Position numbers and translations under genes: made by a program
In this document: piece by piece, positions 1 to 11,661 of the stretch
How positions within the stretch are numbered: the stretch's first letter is position 1
Layout of the letters: every line of letters begins with the position of its first letter
The notes under the pieces: model-generated
Told to the model about the DNA's origin: nothing
Database searches by the model: none
Seen by the model: the letters and a program-made list of their open reading frames with translations, nothing else
Assembly (NCBI RefSeq): GCF_032191835.1
Contig: NC_083227.1
Location: 113,274,001-113,338,000 of the forward strand
Length of the DNA: 64,000 nucleotides
DNA from: Heteronotia binoei
Lineage: Eukaryota
Direction of reading: 5' to 3'

Positions 1-128
1 TTTGCTGCCAAAGATAGGGCCTAAGGGAACAAAGGCAGAATAAGATGAAAAGAGAACTTGCATTACTGTACCATGAGACAGCCAGATTTACCAAGTTAAT
101 GGGCAGAACACTTAAGATCACATTCTTA

Positions 129-212
129 TTACTTGTCTTCATCTGTGAAGATATGCCATCTAACCCACAGTCTTACTTGTCTACATCTGTGAAGATATGC
201 CATCTAACCCAC
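129..212. repeat. Direct tandem duplication, period 44 bp, in a LMAN2 intron
   Basis: TTACTTGTCT(T/A)CATCTGTGAAGATATGCCATCTAACCCAC starts at 129 and again at 173, 1 mismatch. Confidence 0.9.
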
Positions 213-1520
213 CTATACATGCAATGCAAAATTAAATCATATTCAGGATTAAATCATATCCAGGTTTTCTGCCCTCCAGTCGGCTTACAATTGGGGTGTA
301 CCACTGAGGAGCTAGCTATCTCCATGCAGCACAACACAGACACTGCCAGGAAAATGGGAGGCCCACTAGAATGCTCACAGCTATTGGAACTCGCATGTAT
401 TTGGGGGAAAGCACTGGGCCTGCCTGTCCAGTTTTATCAAGGAATTAACAGGCAGCCAATGCCTGTCATTTTGCAAGTGGGCTGGCAGAGCTGAAGGCAT
501 GGCTTGGATAAATTATGAACCCCATTCCACTCCAATTCTGAGGCCTTTCAGGGTCTCTACAAAATATTCAGTTATCATTCCAGTCTGCACCAATATCGTC
601 CCATTATTGTCTGGTCCATCATTGGTTAAAAGTAGCTCACCCCCTGGGTCAACCAGACAGCCTTTTATCATCTAATTTAGCCATCCAGTTATAAGCGCTT
701 GGATACTGCCATCTTTTTAAGAAAGAACATCCTCCATTTTCAAACTTGCAAAGAAAACAACTGATGTGAAGAATACTCTGTCCGACTTTTGGAACAGCAA
801 CTCTTGTAGAAAGTATTTAGAATTCATATATCTTCTCAGCTGTGAATGTACTAAGTGAGGCTGGAAGCAAGTTCTTATGACAACCTCCATTTCACTAACA
901 AAACAAGAATATCAATAACCAATCTCAAGGGAGTTTGTTAGAACAAATGAAATAAAAATAAAGGATTCATATGCTAAATTTTCTTTAGCAGTGACTGATA
1001 TACACCACAAAAAATAGTCAAACAACTGATAAGCAAGTTCTGACTACTTTAGAATGTGGGCAACACTTTCTTCCAAGGTTATTAACAATTTTCTGCAATC
1101 CTAGCCTAGCATTTAAACTATACTACTGCAAATTATATAGACTTATGGAAAACTCTTACATATTAACTTTCTTCCTATATTTAAAAAAACTCCACATCTG
1201 GGAAAAAGCTGTCACCAACTTATTGTGATCAAAGTACCTGGAGTAAGGCGCTCCCGGGTATACCATAGAGCAAATCCATCCCCATGTAGATTTTTTTTCC
1301 CTTCGCCATGGATCTTGAACTGGACATGCAGCTCCCAATCCTTCAGGAAGCAGGGCTGAAAAACAGAACATAGCAACATTTGGAGACGGCATCATACGAC
1401 CCTTCAAATGGAAAACTCAAACACTTTTAGTAACTGTAAACAATCTTCTTTCCAGTAGAACATTAAAAAAGAGTCGCGTTTCACTTCCACCATTTCCTTC
1501 CACATAACAACTACACTCAC

Positions 1521-2711
1521 CACTCGGTTCCAGATCGAACCCTCCTTGCTGCGTTCATCAGGAGTCAGTCGAATATACTGGCTAGTCAGCATTGTGCTCC
1601 CTTGAAAATCCCAGAGAGGCATTGAACTGGAGCCAACCCCTAAAACACAGAGGATACTAGTGATATACTTTCAAAAGAGAAATATTAATTTATCATTAAA
1701 ATCACACTGGTAGCCAGGATTCTCCTTCTTGGATACTATTCAGCAGAAGTAAATCTATTGTAAATTTATGAGAATTTGGAACTCACCAGTTTATAACAAG
1801 TTATTTTTACTGAGTAACCCAGATTTTCTTCTGACTCTAAACAGTTCTGAATCTATTTCTGTCTAATGTATACAAAATTTGCCTTAGGTCCTTACATGCT
1901 TAGGGGAAAGACAGGCATATTTTCAGTAAATAATAAAAACAGAGCCTCTTCTCCTATTCTTTTTTTATTAGCACTCATTTGATTAATACTGATTTTTTGT
2001 ATTCACAGTGCAATCTAATAGCAGAGAGTCCAGTAACATCGTTTAGTCAAGCAAATTTTATTGTAGCTTTTGAGCAACACAGCTCTCTTCATCAGTCTGT
2101 CATTATCACCATTTTCTTTCCACAAAGCCAAGAATTCCTGCTACCAACACTGCCCTGCACAACTCTTCACACAGGAGCAGGTAAACAGCCTCAAGATTAC
2201 AGCCTAAAAATCCACCACTACCCCATTTTACTTGAAGCTTGATGAAGAACTCTGGAGAATGCAAGACTGTAGACTGTACTGTGTCATTTTGGATGGTCTG
2301 GGTAAGGACTTTATTTTCTGAAATATACTATCCTGGAGATTTAAAGGGACCTTCTTACTGTGCTTTGAACTTGCTAGATATCCTTAGGAAGAAATGTGTG
2401 TAGGACAGCCGGTAAGTGTCCTCCGTGGCCCACGGTTTTCCTCCCTACTTACTAAAACGATAGTGCCATCTCCTCCTTCAGGCTCAGGATAAGAAGGGAT
2501 GAGAAGTAGGTCAAGAGAAGGGAGGGGGGATCACCAGAGTCAGCGCCTGCCCACCGCACGCACCCTGGTAGGGCTTGATAAGCGAATGCTCCCGCTTCAG
2601 ATGCTCGCTATTCCCGTCTGTGAGCTCTGCGACTCCTGGAGGCGCCGACAAGGCCAGGAGGAGGTGAAGAAGGAGCAGGAGCGACAACCACGGCGGCGGT
2701 AGCAGCACCAT
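1521..2711 (-). CDS. LMAN2: Vesicular integral-membrane protein VIP36 (LMAN2), coding exons 1-2; gene continues beyond the left edge
   Basis: join(2564..2711,1521..1639) on the minus strand. ATG at 2711 in a strong Kozak context (AGGATGG). Signal peptide MVLLPPPWLSLLLL..., then ELTDGNSEHLKREHSLIKPYQG|VGSSSMPLWDFQGSTMLTSQYIRLTPDERSKEGSIWNRV, nearly identical to vertebrate LMAN2. GT-AG junctions in consistent phase; exon 2 is 119 bp. Confidence 0.97.
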
Positions 2712-3400
2712 CCTGGGCGCTTGACTCCGAGCAGATCTACTACCACCACCTCCCGGACCCACTATACTCCTACCCCTCTTCTTCCTACTTCCGGTTAGTC
2801 CTTGACCCGGATGTAAACACCGAGCAAACTGAAACCAGAAACACTAGAAGGCTTTTCTGGCTGATCTCTATCACCGAAACCTTGCCTTTGACACTTTAGA
2901 AATAGGACAAGACTGAAGTAACATATGCCCTTCTGATTTCCGGCTTCGTGTAGAGCTCCGCAAATCTTTTGTAAGAGGAGTAAAACGTGTCTGCACACAA
3001 GTGGCTGACTGGGACAGGATTGCTATAAACCACTGCGTCCCAGTTGCAGCTCGTCCATTGTAATGTATAGGGCAGGAGGAAACAGCGGAGTTGTTTCAAA
3101 ACTGATTCAGCGTTTTCGTCTCACCACTCCCCTCAGTCTGTACTAGTAAGAACATTAGCTTCGTTTACCCTCTTATAGGAATTATTTAAAATATTAAGTA
3201 TATAAAATATACTGTATGGTTCATTTCTCCTATCCTAAAGAAGGAAGCATAAACAATACGTGGAGAGCCGAGCCAATCAGGACGAGGTATGTCATTCATT
3301 TCGTCCAATAATAGGAGAAGAATTCGTTGGACGCAAATGTGAAGCCTTGTGTTCTCGCGTTGCAAGAGGTTGTAGGCGGGGAATATAGACTATTACTGGA
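2712..3400. promoter_or_regulatory. CpG-rich LMAN2 promoter region, possibly bidirectional
   Basis: ETS-type motifs ACTTCCGG (2787-2794) and CCGGATGT (2807-2814), CCAAT (3273-3277) and GC box AGGCGGGG (3374-3381). CpG is locally retained, directly upstream of LMAN2 exon 1. Confidence 0.6.
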
Positions 3401-5095
3401 TACAGTATGTATATTGTTTTACAGTGTACAATATCCTGAGCAAGAGAGGTGCCTCCCGCAATGCATTTGCAACCGAAATTAGCAATTTTTAATTGCAGTT
3501 TGGCGAAAGAGAAAGCAGATAAGTGTCTTTTTGGGGTTACAGAACAGCATTGAGAGTCCAGCTGAATAGCTGTGTTAGTCTACAGTAGCAAAATAAAGCA
3601 AGATGGAATCTAGTTAAAGAATAACGGCACATTCTTTCAACCATAAACTTTCATGAGTCTGAGAGCTCACTTCCTCAGCTTGGAATTTTTTCTGTCTCTC
3701 TGGTGCTGCGGTAACCATTTACATATATCCAAGCCACAAGTAATGTTGCCAGCCTCCAGGTGGGGGCTGGAGATCTGCTATTTAGAACTGATCTCCAGGT
3801 GGCAGAGATCAGTTCTCCTGGAGAAAATGTCCACCTTAGAAAGTAGACTTTATGACATTAGACCCCATTGAAGTCCCTGTCCTCCTCAGGCTGCCCCCAC
3901 AAATTCTCCAGGTATTTCCTAACCCAGAGTTGGCAACCCTGTTACAGAGATCAGTTGCCCTGGAGAAAATGACTGCTATGGATTGTGGAGTCTGGCATTA
4001 TACCTTGCTGAAATTCTGCTCCCCAAGCTCAACAATCCCTGGGCTTCACCCCCAAATCTCCAGGAATTTCCCAACCCAGAGTTGCCAACCCTAATGTGAC
4101 TCCCCTTAACCAGAGAGTTTCAGAGTGAGAGCCTGAAGAATTCCTGTTGTGCTATAAACCATCCCAACCTATTTCCTTATATTTTTATACAATAATAATT
4201 ACATTGGAAAGATTCTGGGTAATTTGGTAGTCTTCTAAAGTGTTTTAGAAACTGAGCAGGTCCTATTCCTGGGCACTCATAAAATGAAGTTAATGAATCT
4301 CACAGTGCAATCCTAAACAGGATTACATCCTTCTTAGCGTTTTACTTTAATATGCTAAGAAGGGTGTAACTGCTTAGGACTGCAGGGTACATCCAACATT
4401 GAGTTCCTGCCCCTCGGGCCCCCCCTCATTCTTCTGCTTTCTGTTTTCCTCCTTGTTATTTTATTAATGTTTTCTTGGGAGGATGGGTGGGTGAAAGGAA
4501 GCATTATAAGTCTCTTCTTGAAGTGCAAATTTCTTGCTCTATCAGTCTTTCTGTAATCCAGATCCTGATGAACATTGTGTTTGATACTAACCTTGTGTTT
4601 GTATTCTTGGAAAACAACTCTTGAGTAAATTTCTTATTACAGAAATATTTGTACATTTACATTAGTGAATGTATGGGGGGCAGCTCCATGCCCATTGGCC
4701 CCATGTTCAGACTCCATACAGTGATCAGAACTTCTGCCCAAGACACACACTTGTATACCCCCAATATTTGCTCTACACTTGGAAACTGTTCTTTCCATTT
4801 TTGCAGGTATGGATTGTATATGCAGAGGCTTCATGCAGTGTGGCGTATACACAAAGGTCTTTTCACAAGTGAACATTTAGTATGGAATCAGCAGATAACC
4901 CCCAGTGTATTTATTTGTTCCCTATTTGATTATCTGTGTAGGCCTTCTGTGTCCAGCTCCATTCAGATATTTTTCTGCTGCTGTATAGTTAATAATCTTG
5001 GGTAACAGTCTGAGCCAATTTTATTTATGCTGTCTTTCTTACCAGGGACTTGCATGGTCCAAACAGCACTACACAGATATCTGAATTATTGTTGG

Positions 5096-5296
5096 CAGGG
5101 CTTTTTGTTTTGTTGAAAAGACCCAGCAGGAACTCATTTGCATATTAGGCTACACCCCCTGACATCACCATTGTTCCACACAGGGCTTTTTGTAGAAAAA
5201 GCCCAGCAGGAACTTATTTGCATATTAGGCCATACCCCTTAACACTAAGCCAGCTGGAACTGCGTTCCTGTGCGTTCCTGCTCAAAAAAAGCCCTG
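5096..5296. mobile_element. hAT-type MITE with internal octamer-containing tandem repeat
   Basis: TIRs CAGGGCTTTTT / AAAAAGCCCTG; 8-bp TSD ATTGTTGG/ACTGTTGG (7/8); two internal copies of AGGAACT(C/T)ATTTGCATATTAGGC. Confidence 0.75.
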
Positions 5297-7465
5297 ACTG
5301 TTGGCTTTTATATTTTCAACCAGAGAAAAGCCAATGGTTGTGCTTTTTCACCATGTCCTGAAATCCCCCCATCCTTTTAAAAACAGGACATTTAGCTTGA
5401 ATGGGGAAGAACTCTAGGGAACTCAAATATTTTTGGGTTACCAGTCTCCAGGTGGAGCCTAGAGATCTCAGCTTTTACAACTGCTCTCCAGCTGGCAGAG
5501 ATCGCCTTCCCTGGAGCAAATGGCTGCTTTGAAGGGTGGACTCTATGGCATTGTACAATGCTAAGGCCCCTTCCCTTCCCTCCCCTCCCCTCCCCTCACC
5601 CCACCCCCTCCCGGATCCACCCCCAAAGTCTCCAGGTATTTTCCAACACAGACCTGGCAACCCTGTTGCTACTTTTCAACAGTTTTAATTGATCTGAATC
5701 GGTGTTATGCTACTGTTGTTTTCTGAATTTCATTCCCTCAATGAACCAGTGCAGGTGCTTTCAGTTTTAATCCAAATAATGTTGTTTTGTATATGACACA
5801 GATGAGGCAAATGTTGGCATCTTTTCCCATGGTCTAATGTTTCTCTCCTTCTCTCTTGAATTCTCTTAACTCACCACCAGCTCTTAAATGGATTATTCGC
5901 CTCTCAAGTGATGGTCCTCATTTGATCCTATCATCCTGCTATTGGCAATCTGCACAGGACAACCTATCAAACCAAAGTTTTGATCCACTAGTAATAGCTC
6001 AAAAATGGATACCAGTCTGGAGACTACAGCCCATTGTATTGGAGGAAAAAAAATCTTCCTCTGCTATATTTCAGGACCAGCCCTAGTAGGAGATCCTTGG
6101 TCAGCAAGGGCATGCTTTTGAGAAAGGAGGCCTAAATGGACAACATTCCAGGGGTTCCTATCCTGTAGGTTCATGGAGCTCAGCAGGTCATGTAATTTGC
6201 TATCTTTATTTACTCCATCTATACCCCATCTTTCTCCCAAATGGGAACCCAAAGAGGCTTGTGCTGTTCTCCATTTTATCTTCATAACATCCCTGTGAGG
6301 TTAGGCTGAGAGTGTGTGATTGGCCCAAGGTAATCTTGCAAGCTTCCAGGCATGCAAAAAAAGAATGTATTTACTCCCCTAGAGGTTCCTGCAGCAGTCA
6401 GTCACATGACAGAAAGGATTAAGCATACTATGGAGTATTGGTTTTTGCTTGTCAGTTTGTTTTCTATTTGTTTTTCTGGCTAAGTTTGGATATCAGAAGA
6501 AATCATACAACTGTTTAGCCTTAGAGACTTCTTAGTATCACTAGGTTAATTTATAGTTGGTAAATGAAAAAGAGAGTGTAAATGCAAATTGCAAAGGCCA
6601 TGAGTTTTAAATTTCAGTTTAAAGTCCCGTGACTCTTGTGGCACTGCAAATGTTATGTAAAGCAGATTTATTCATTTATTTCATTTTAATTTTGCCCTTC
6701 CTCTAAGGAGCTTAGGATATTGTTCATAGATCCCTCCCACTTTTTTATGCATACATGGTCCTCTTCCCACTTTATCTTGACAAGAACTGTGTGAGGTAGG
6801 TTAGGTAGAATGGGCCAGGGTCACCCACTGGATTTCATAGAGAGTGCTGATTTGATTCTAGGTCTTTCCAGTCCAATACTGTGATTGCTGGCTCCAGCAA
6901 AGGAATGAACACCCAAGTTATGTCCAGGAGCTGACACTATCAGGGTGCTTGCAAAGTCAACATTCAATGTATGTCCAATGACAATATTCTTTTTATGCTT
7001 CTTGTTTACACTGGTATTTTCATTGCTTCATGTATGAATTTGGTTACAATCACACTTTCTAGATGGCTCTCAAAATTAATTCCAGTTTTTCTTCCCAGGT
7101 TGGGCATACCTCTTGGAGATCTGGTTTCTCAGAGCCATCCCATAGACTGTCCAGTACTTAAGTGTCTCAAACAGACCCTTATGTCCATGTAAAATATGCA
7201 GTCTCTTTGATGCATTAACCATGACAAACAAGATGGTTCTTTGCTGGTGGGGTCAGCCATTTCAGAAAACAGGAACTGTTTTGTGGAATTTAACTGGAGA
7301 ATGTAGTTGGAATAGAGATGCTGCACTGCACTGAGTATTTAGATATGGTAAAGGCAAGTTCTTTTCTTACCCTGGAATCTTGGCTCAGATCTGGATGGTA
7401 CATCTGCAGTGAATCTTTTGCACCTTTGGGACTGAGCCTGTGGCCTATGGATCCTGTACTCAGAG

Positions 7466-10400
7466 CTATAATTTCTTCTGACTTGAGATCTGGCTACACA
7501 TCCAGTTCATTCCATCCTAGAAAGATAAAAGTGAGCAATAGCTATTACTGGGCCCTGATTCCAGCACTGAACATTTCCTGCTCTAAAACCGTTGCCAGAT
7601 CACCTGACCTGGATAGCCCAGGCAAGCCTGATCTCAGATCTTGGAAGCTAAGCAAGGTCAACTGTGGTTAGTATTTGGATGGGACTTCCTTGAAATACCC
7701 AGTCAAGAGAACAGGGGCAGGCTGTATTCAGCCACCTCTCTGAATATCCTCCAGGCCCCCAATAGGGGGTCAGTCAACAGAGGTTGATATGATTTCCAGA
7801 TGTGTACACACATACACAATCATTTAAAAAAAATAAAATAAAACTATTGCCAGCTCTAAAAACATTATAGAGTCCTTTGACAACTCCTTTATGTATATAT
7901 ACGCAGAAAATGTTGTACCTGGACTCCTTCACCAGATATGGCTGAACATGCTTGGATTTGCCATGGCCGGTCTCGATAGGTGTGCAGGCGCAGTCCTTCA
8001 GCAATGTCTGCTGCAAGGGATGCTGTTGCCAGATCCTGCTTGTTAGCAAATACCAGCAAAGGGACACCAATGAGATTGTCCTCTTCCACTAATTCTGACA
8101 GTTCCTGGTAAACAAACACACACACAATGTTTTTCCAGATGATTCCCAATTCAAGATAACAATGGCATGTATCCTACCATTCCACCAAACAAAGTTTGAA
8201 CCCCTCCTCCAGTGCTTCTGCCAACTTGAGTTGTTCTTCCTTCAATGGAAGAGCTACTCAAGGTGGAAGCAGACTTCTTAGGCTGGAGAACTTCCTGCAA
8301 CCTAAGGTAAGATGCACACCAGTAGCATCAGATAAAAGTAGCATAAATTTAAACAATCAAACAATTAAAATAAACATAAGATGGTAAGAAAACCAACAGT
8401 AACAAAATAGGCAGGCAACAAATGACAAAAATGTTCATGTTATTAAAGAAGAGTAGCCATGTTTGTCTGTCTGTAACAGCAGAAAAAAGTAGCACTTTCA
8501 AGACTAAATTTGTGGCAGGGTAGGAGCTTTCATGAGTCACCATTTGATATGTGAGAAAGTGAGCAGTGTTTCACAAAAGCTCCTACCCTGTCATGTTATT
8601 AGTGTGACACATTCTGTGCAAAGCTGCCTTTGAAGATGCTTTGGAATCTTCAGGTGGTCTAGAATGTGGCTGCTAGATTATTGATTGGGTCACCCTATTC
8701 TGTTCATAGAACATCAATACTTCAGCACCTGCACTGGCTTCCAATCAATTCCCAGTGTCAGCTTAAAGTGCTGATTTTGATCTGTAAGCCCTAAACGGTA
8801 TGGGACCACCTTCCCTGTGTGACTGCCTCTTCCAGAATGACCCCCCTCATCTCCTTAGATCATCATAGCAGGACCTTCCACAGGTGCCCGGTCTGCAGAT
8901 TGCCTGCCTGTCAACCACCAGGGCAAGGGCACTTTCAGTGGCTGCCCCCTCTCTCTGGAAGGTCCCATCTCATAGTTTCTCTATGAGAGCAGAGTAAAAG
9001 AAGTGTGAGATTAAAGCACCAACCAAGAACTCTGAAAACTTATTTCTGCTATTAGATTGGGTAACTCTAGATGGTATTTTTACCCTCAGTATTTTCAGTT
9101 TATTACCCTGGTTGTACAGTTCTGTACAGTCTAACCGGTGGGGGGAAATCCTGTAGAAGGTCCTGCTGTAGGATGGAGTTATGAGACTGGATGAAGCAGT
9201 CTGCCTATCCTACCTGCCCAGTCTCTTCAAAGCGTTTCTGGTCAGCACTGTCAATAACATAGATCTGCAATCAGAAAAAAGAGAGTCACCTACTGCCTAC
9301 CATAACTCTTTATTGGTCCCAGGTCCTTTTCATCAACTTCTATCCATAAACAGCTAATACTACTAGAGATTAAATCTTATACAGGGCTCACTTAAGATGG
9401 CTCTTTTTTGTCAGAGAGAGAAAGAGATTGAGAGAATCTAAGTAGAATAGTAGCAAAAACAGTAATAATTAAATAACTGATGGTTGATTGTTCTATACTT
9501 TTACTTACTTACTTACTATAATGCTATCCCAGAGACAGCAACATTAAGCACATTAGCTTAAATTGCTTTATTTGCTGGGGATTGACCTTATCCTAGATTT
9601 CACGGCTTCTTCATGTACTACTGAGGTAGTTGGGGTAGGGGAATGGTTGCCATGCTCACCAATATGTCCGTGCTGACCAGATACTTCTTCCAATAGGCCC
9701 GGATGGCCCTCTGCCCCCCTATGTCCCAAACACTAAGCTTGAAACCATGAGAGTGAACACTCTTGATGTTGAACCCCTGTGAAGATGAATAGGGGAAAGA
9801 TGGTACAGGAAAACATGACAATTACTGTGTGTGACCATAGTATCGTACAGTAAGGGGACAAAATGTCTAAGACTCAAATGACATTAAATATAAACAAATA
9901 TAATGATGGCCTGCTAAAGCTGGAAACACTACTTTTGGTGGAGGCATTCAGAAGTGAAGAAGTATGTTTGAAGGTCTTAGCTCTGTGGCTTAGAGCAGCC
10001 TGTGCCAATTCCAGTTTATGAAATTCCTGGACATTTGACGGTAGTATTTGGAGGGACAGAGTTTAGCCAGGAAGTTCAGCAGGGATGAGATGCCAAGCTG
10101 GCATTTCTTCCAGGTGAACTGATCTCTGTAGTCTGGAGGTCAGCAGTAATTCTGAGATCATTTCAGGTCCTGTCTTCCAGTCATAACCCTGCTGCTTCTT
10201 TGTTCCCAGTCATCCTCAGAAATGCGTGTATATCATGTGTAGTCTGAGCATTTGAACACTGAGGAAAAAATATTCATTACAAGCTATTGTGCGTATTTTT
10301 TGGTGGCTGTTGCCAAAGTAGATTCAGGAGGAAACATAGCAGAGAAGGTGCGAGGGAATCGTGTGGTGCTTGCAACACACACCAACACCCCACCACACTT

Positions 10401-11538
10401 TTCTTCATTACAACTTGTAGGGAGTTTGCATACAATGTGCGATTGGGCTCTAAAGATACTTAAAAATTCACATGAGAAATATTTTAATAAATCTTTTAAT
10501 AAAGTATATTAATTTCAAAAGTAAATTCAGTCTTTCCCACTCTCCTGTCCTAATGGCTGAGCTACAGGTCTATCACAATTAAAGCTAAGAGCCGCTACAT
10601 TATAGGGAGGGGGACTGATTGGCTTGGCATATAATGGCTAAGGTATTGTTGCTGGCATGTCCTTAGAATGTTTCAGTTCTACATGTTTGAGGTAAAAGTA
10701 GTTGTAACAGCTGTAGCAAGGGTATTGGTTAGAATCTTGCTTGCCAACCAGCTTCTTTAAGTCTCTGCGCAATTGGTTACCCAACAGCTGAACGCCCCAA
10801 CACAACCCCTCAACACTTATTCTCTCTGCTGTGGTGCTTACCTGTGTGGGGGTGATGGTGTCTACCTCTTCTGATGCCAAACACTTCAGCAGAGTGGTCT
10901 TGCCAGCATTGTCCAGCCCCAGCAGTACAATCCGCAAGTCTTGCTCTTCACAACCTTTAAGCTTTTGGATGACTGACAGAAGCCCCTGTGGTGTGAAAAA
11001 AGGGTTCATGGACAGGGCCCTTTATTCATGAGGTCAAGAAAAAAGTGACAGGGCACAGCATTCTATGGAAGCACAACGGAGTGCTCCTGTGTCTGCTGCG
11101 GGGATGGGGGGGGTATACCCCCATCCAAGCTAGACTTTTAGAACCTTCTTCTGACCTGTCATTTGGTTCCTCAAGACTTCAGAGTTGACCGTGAGCTCCA
11201 GGGCCCTAGCAAAACATATACAATTTTAGCTCTACTTTTGTGACTATGTTGCTCTGATCTCAGTATCTTTTCCTGCTTTTTTTTCACATGGAAACAATTC
11301 TACCAGCTCGCTCCACTAGTCCTAGGAATCCCTTCTGTTGCTTATGATTGTCTATTACAGATTACTCTGTAATGCTGACAGGTCTTTTCCCTGAAACTGG
11401 AGGACAGGAATTACTTCTAGGGAGCAGGTTGGCAGCAAGCTCCAGTGGCTGACTAGCTACACTGTAAATATAGCTTGCCATCTCAAGCTATTTGCTGCTG
11501 GGTCAGAAGAATCTACTTACATTTTGCACTTCACCCAT
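7466..11538 (-). CDS. ADP-ribosylation factor-like 3-like small GTPase (ARL3 paralogue), complete, 188 aa
   Basis: join(11521..11538,10842..10985,9660..9776,9214..9264,7919..8104,7466..7516); exon sizes 18/144/117/51/186/51, all GT-AG, phase 0. Protein [40 protein letters not shown]...WDIGGQ...[19 protein letters not shown]...FANKQD...[30 protein letters not shown]1/G3/G4/G5 motifs are intact. The internal exon sizes match ARL3, but the N-terminal MGEVQN extension and the LMAN2/RGS14 location indicate a paralogue (arl3l type), not ARL3 itself. Confidence 0.93.
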
Positions 11539-11641
11539 GATCAGGCCCTCCTCTGCAGGTCCAGACGAGGAAGCTCCCTGTACTAGCAACTGGGTCCTTG
11601 CTGTGTGACTGACATGCCTGGCTCCAGCTAGGGGAGGAAGA

Positions 11642-11661
11642 GGATTATGACTCCAGGATTA
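11642..11661 (-). promoter_or_regulatory. Paired CRX/OTX-type homeodomain sites upstream of the ARL3-like gene
   Basis: GGATTA at 11642-11647 and 11656-11661 (TAATCC on the gene strand), 104-123 bp upstream of the ATG. Motif match only. Confidence 0.35.

Noticed and set aside
45-494. 149-aa plus-strand ORF at the window start
   Set aside because: Antisense within a LMAN2 intron, partly generated by the 44-bp tandem duplication, with no domain.
2712-2762. Longer LMAN2 N-terminus (MGPGGG...) in the ORF track
   Set aside because: It begins at GTG, not ATG. The ATG at 2711 has a strong Kozak context and is followed directly by the signal peptide.
9622-9643. let-7-like TGAGGTAGT sequence
   Set aside because: Only the first 9 nt match; the rest is G-rich with no complementary arm for a pre-miRNA hairpin.
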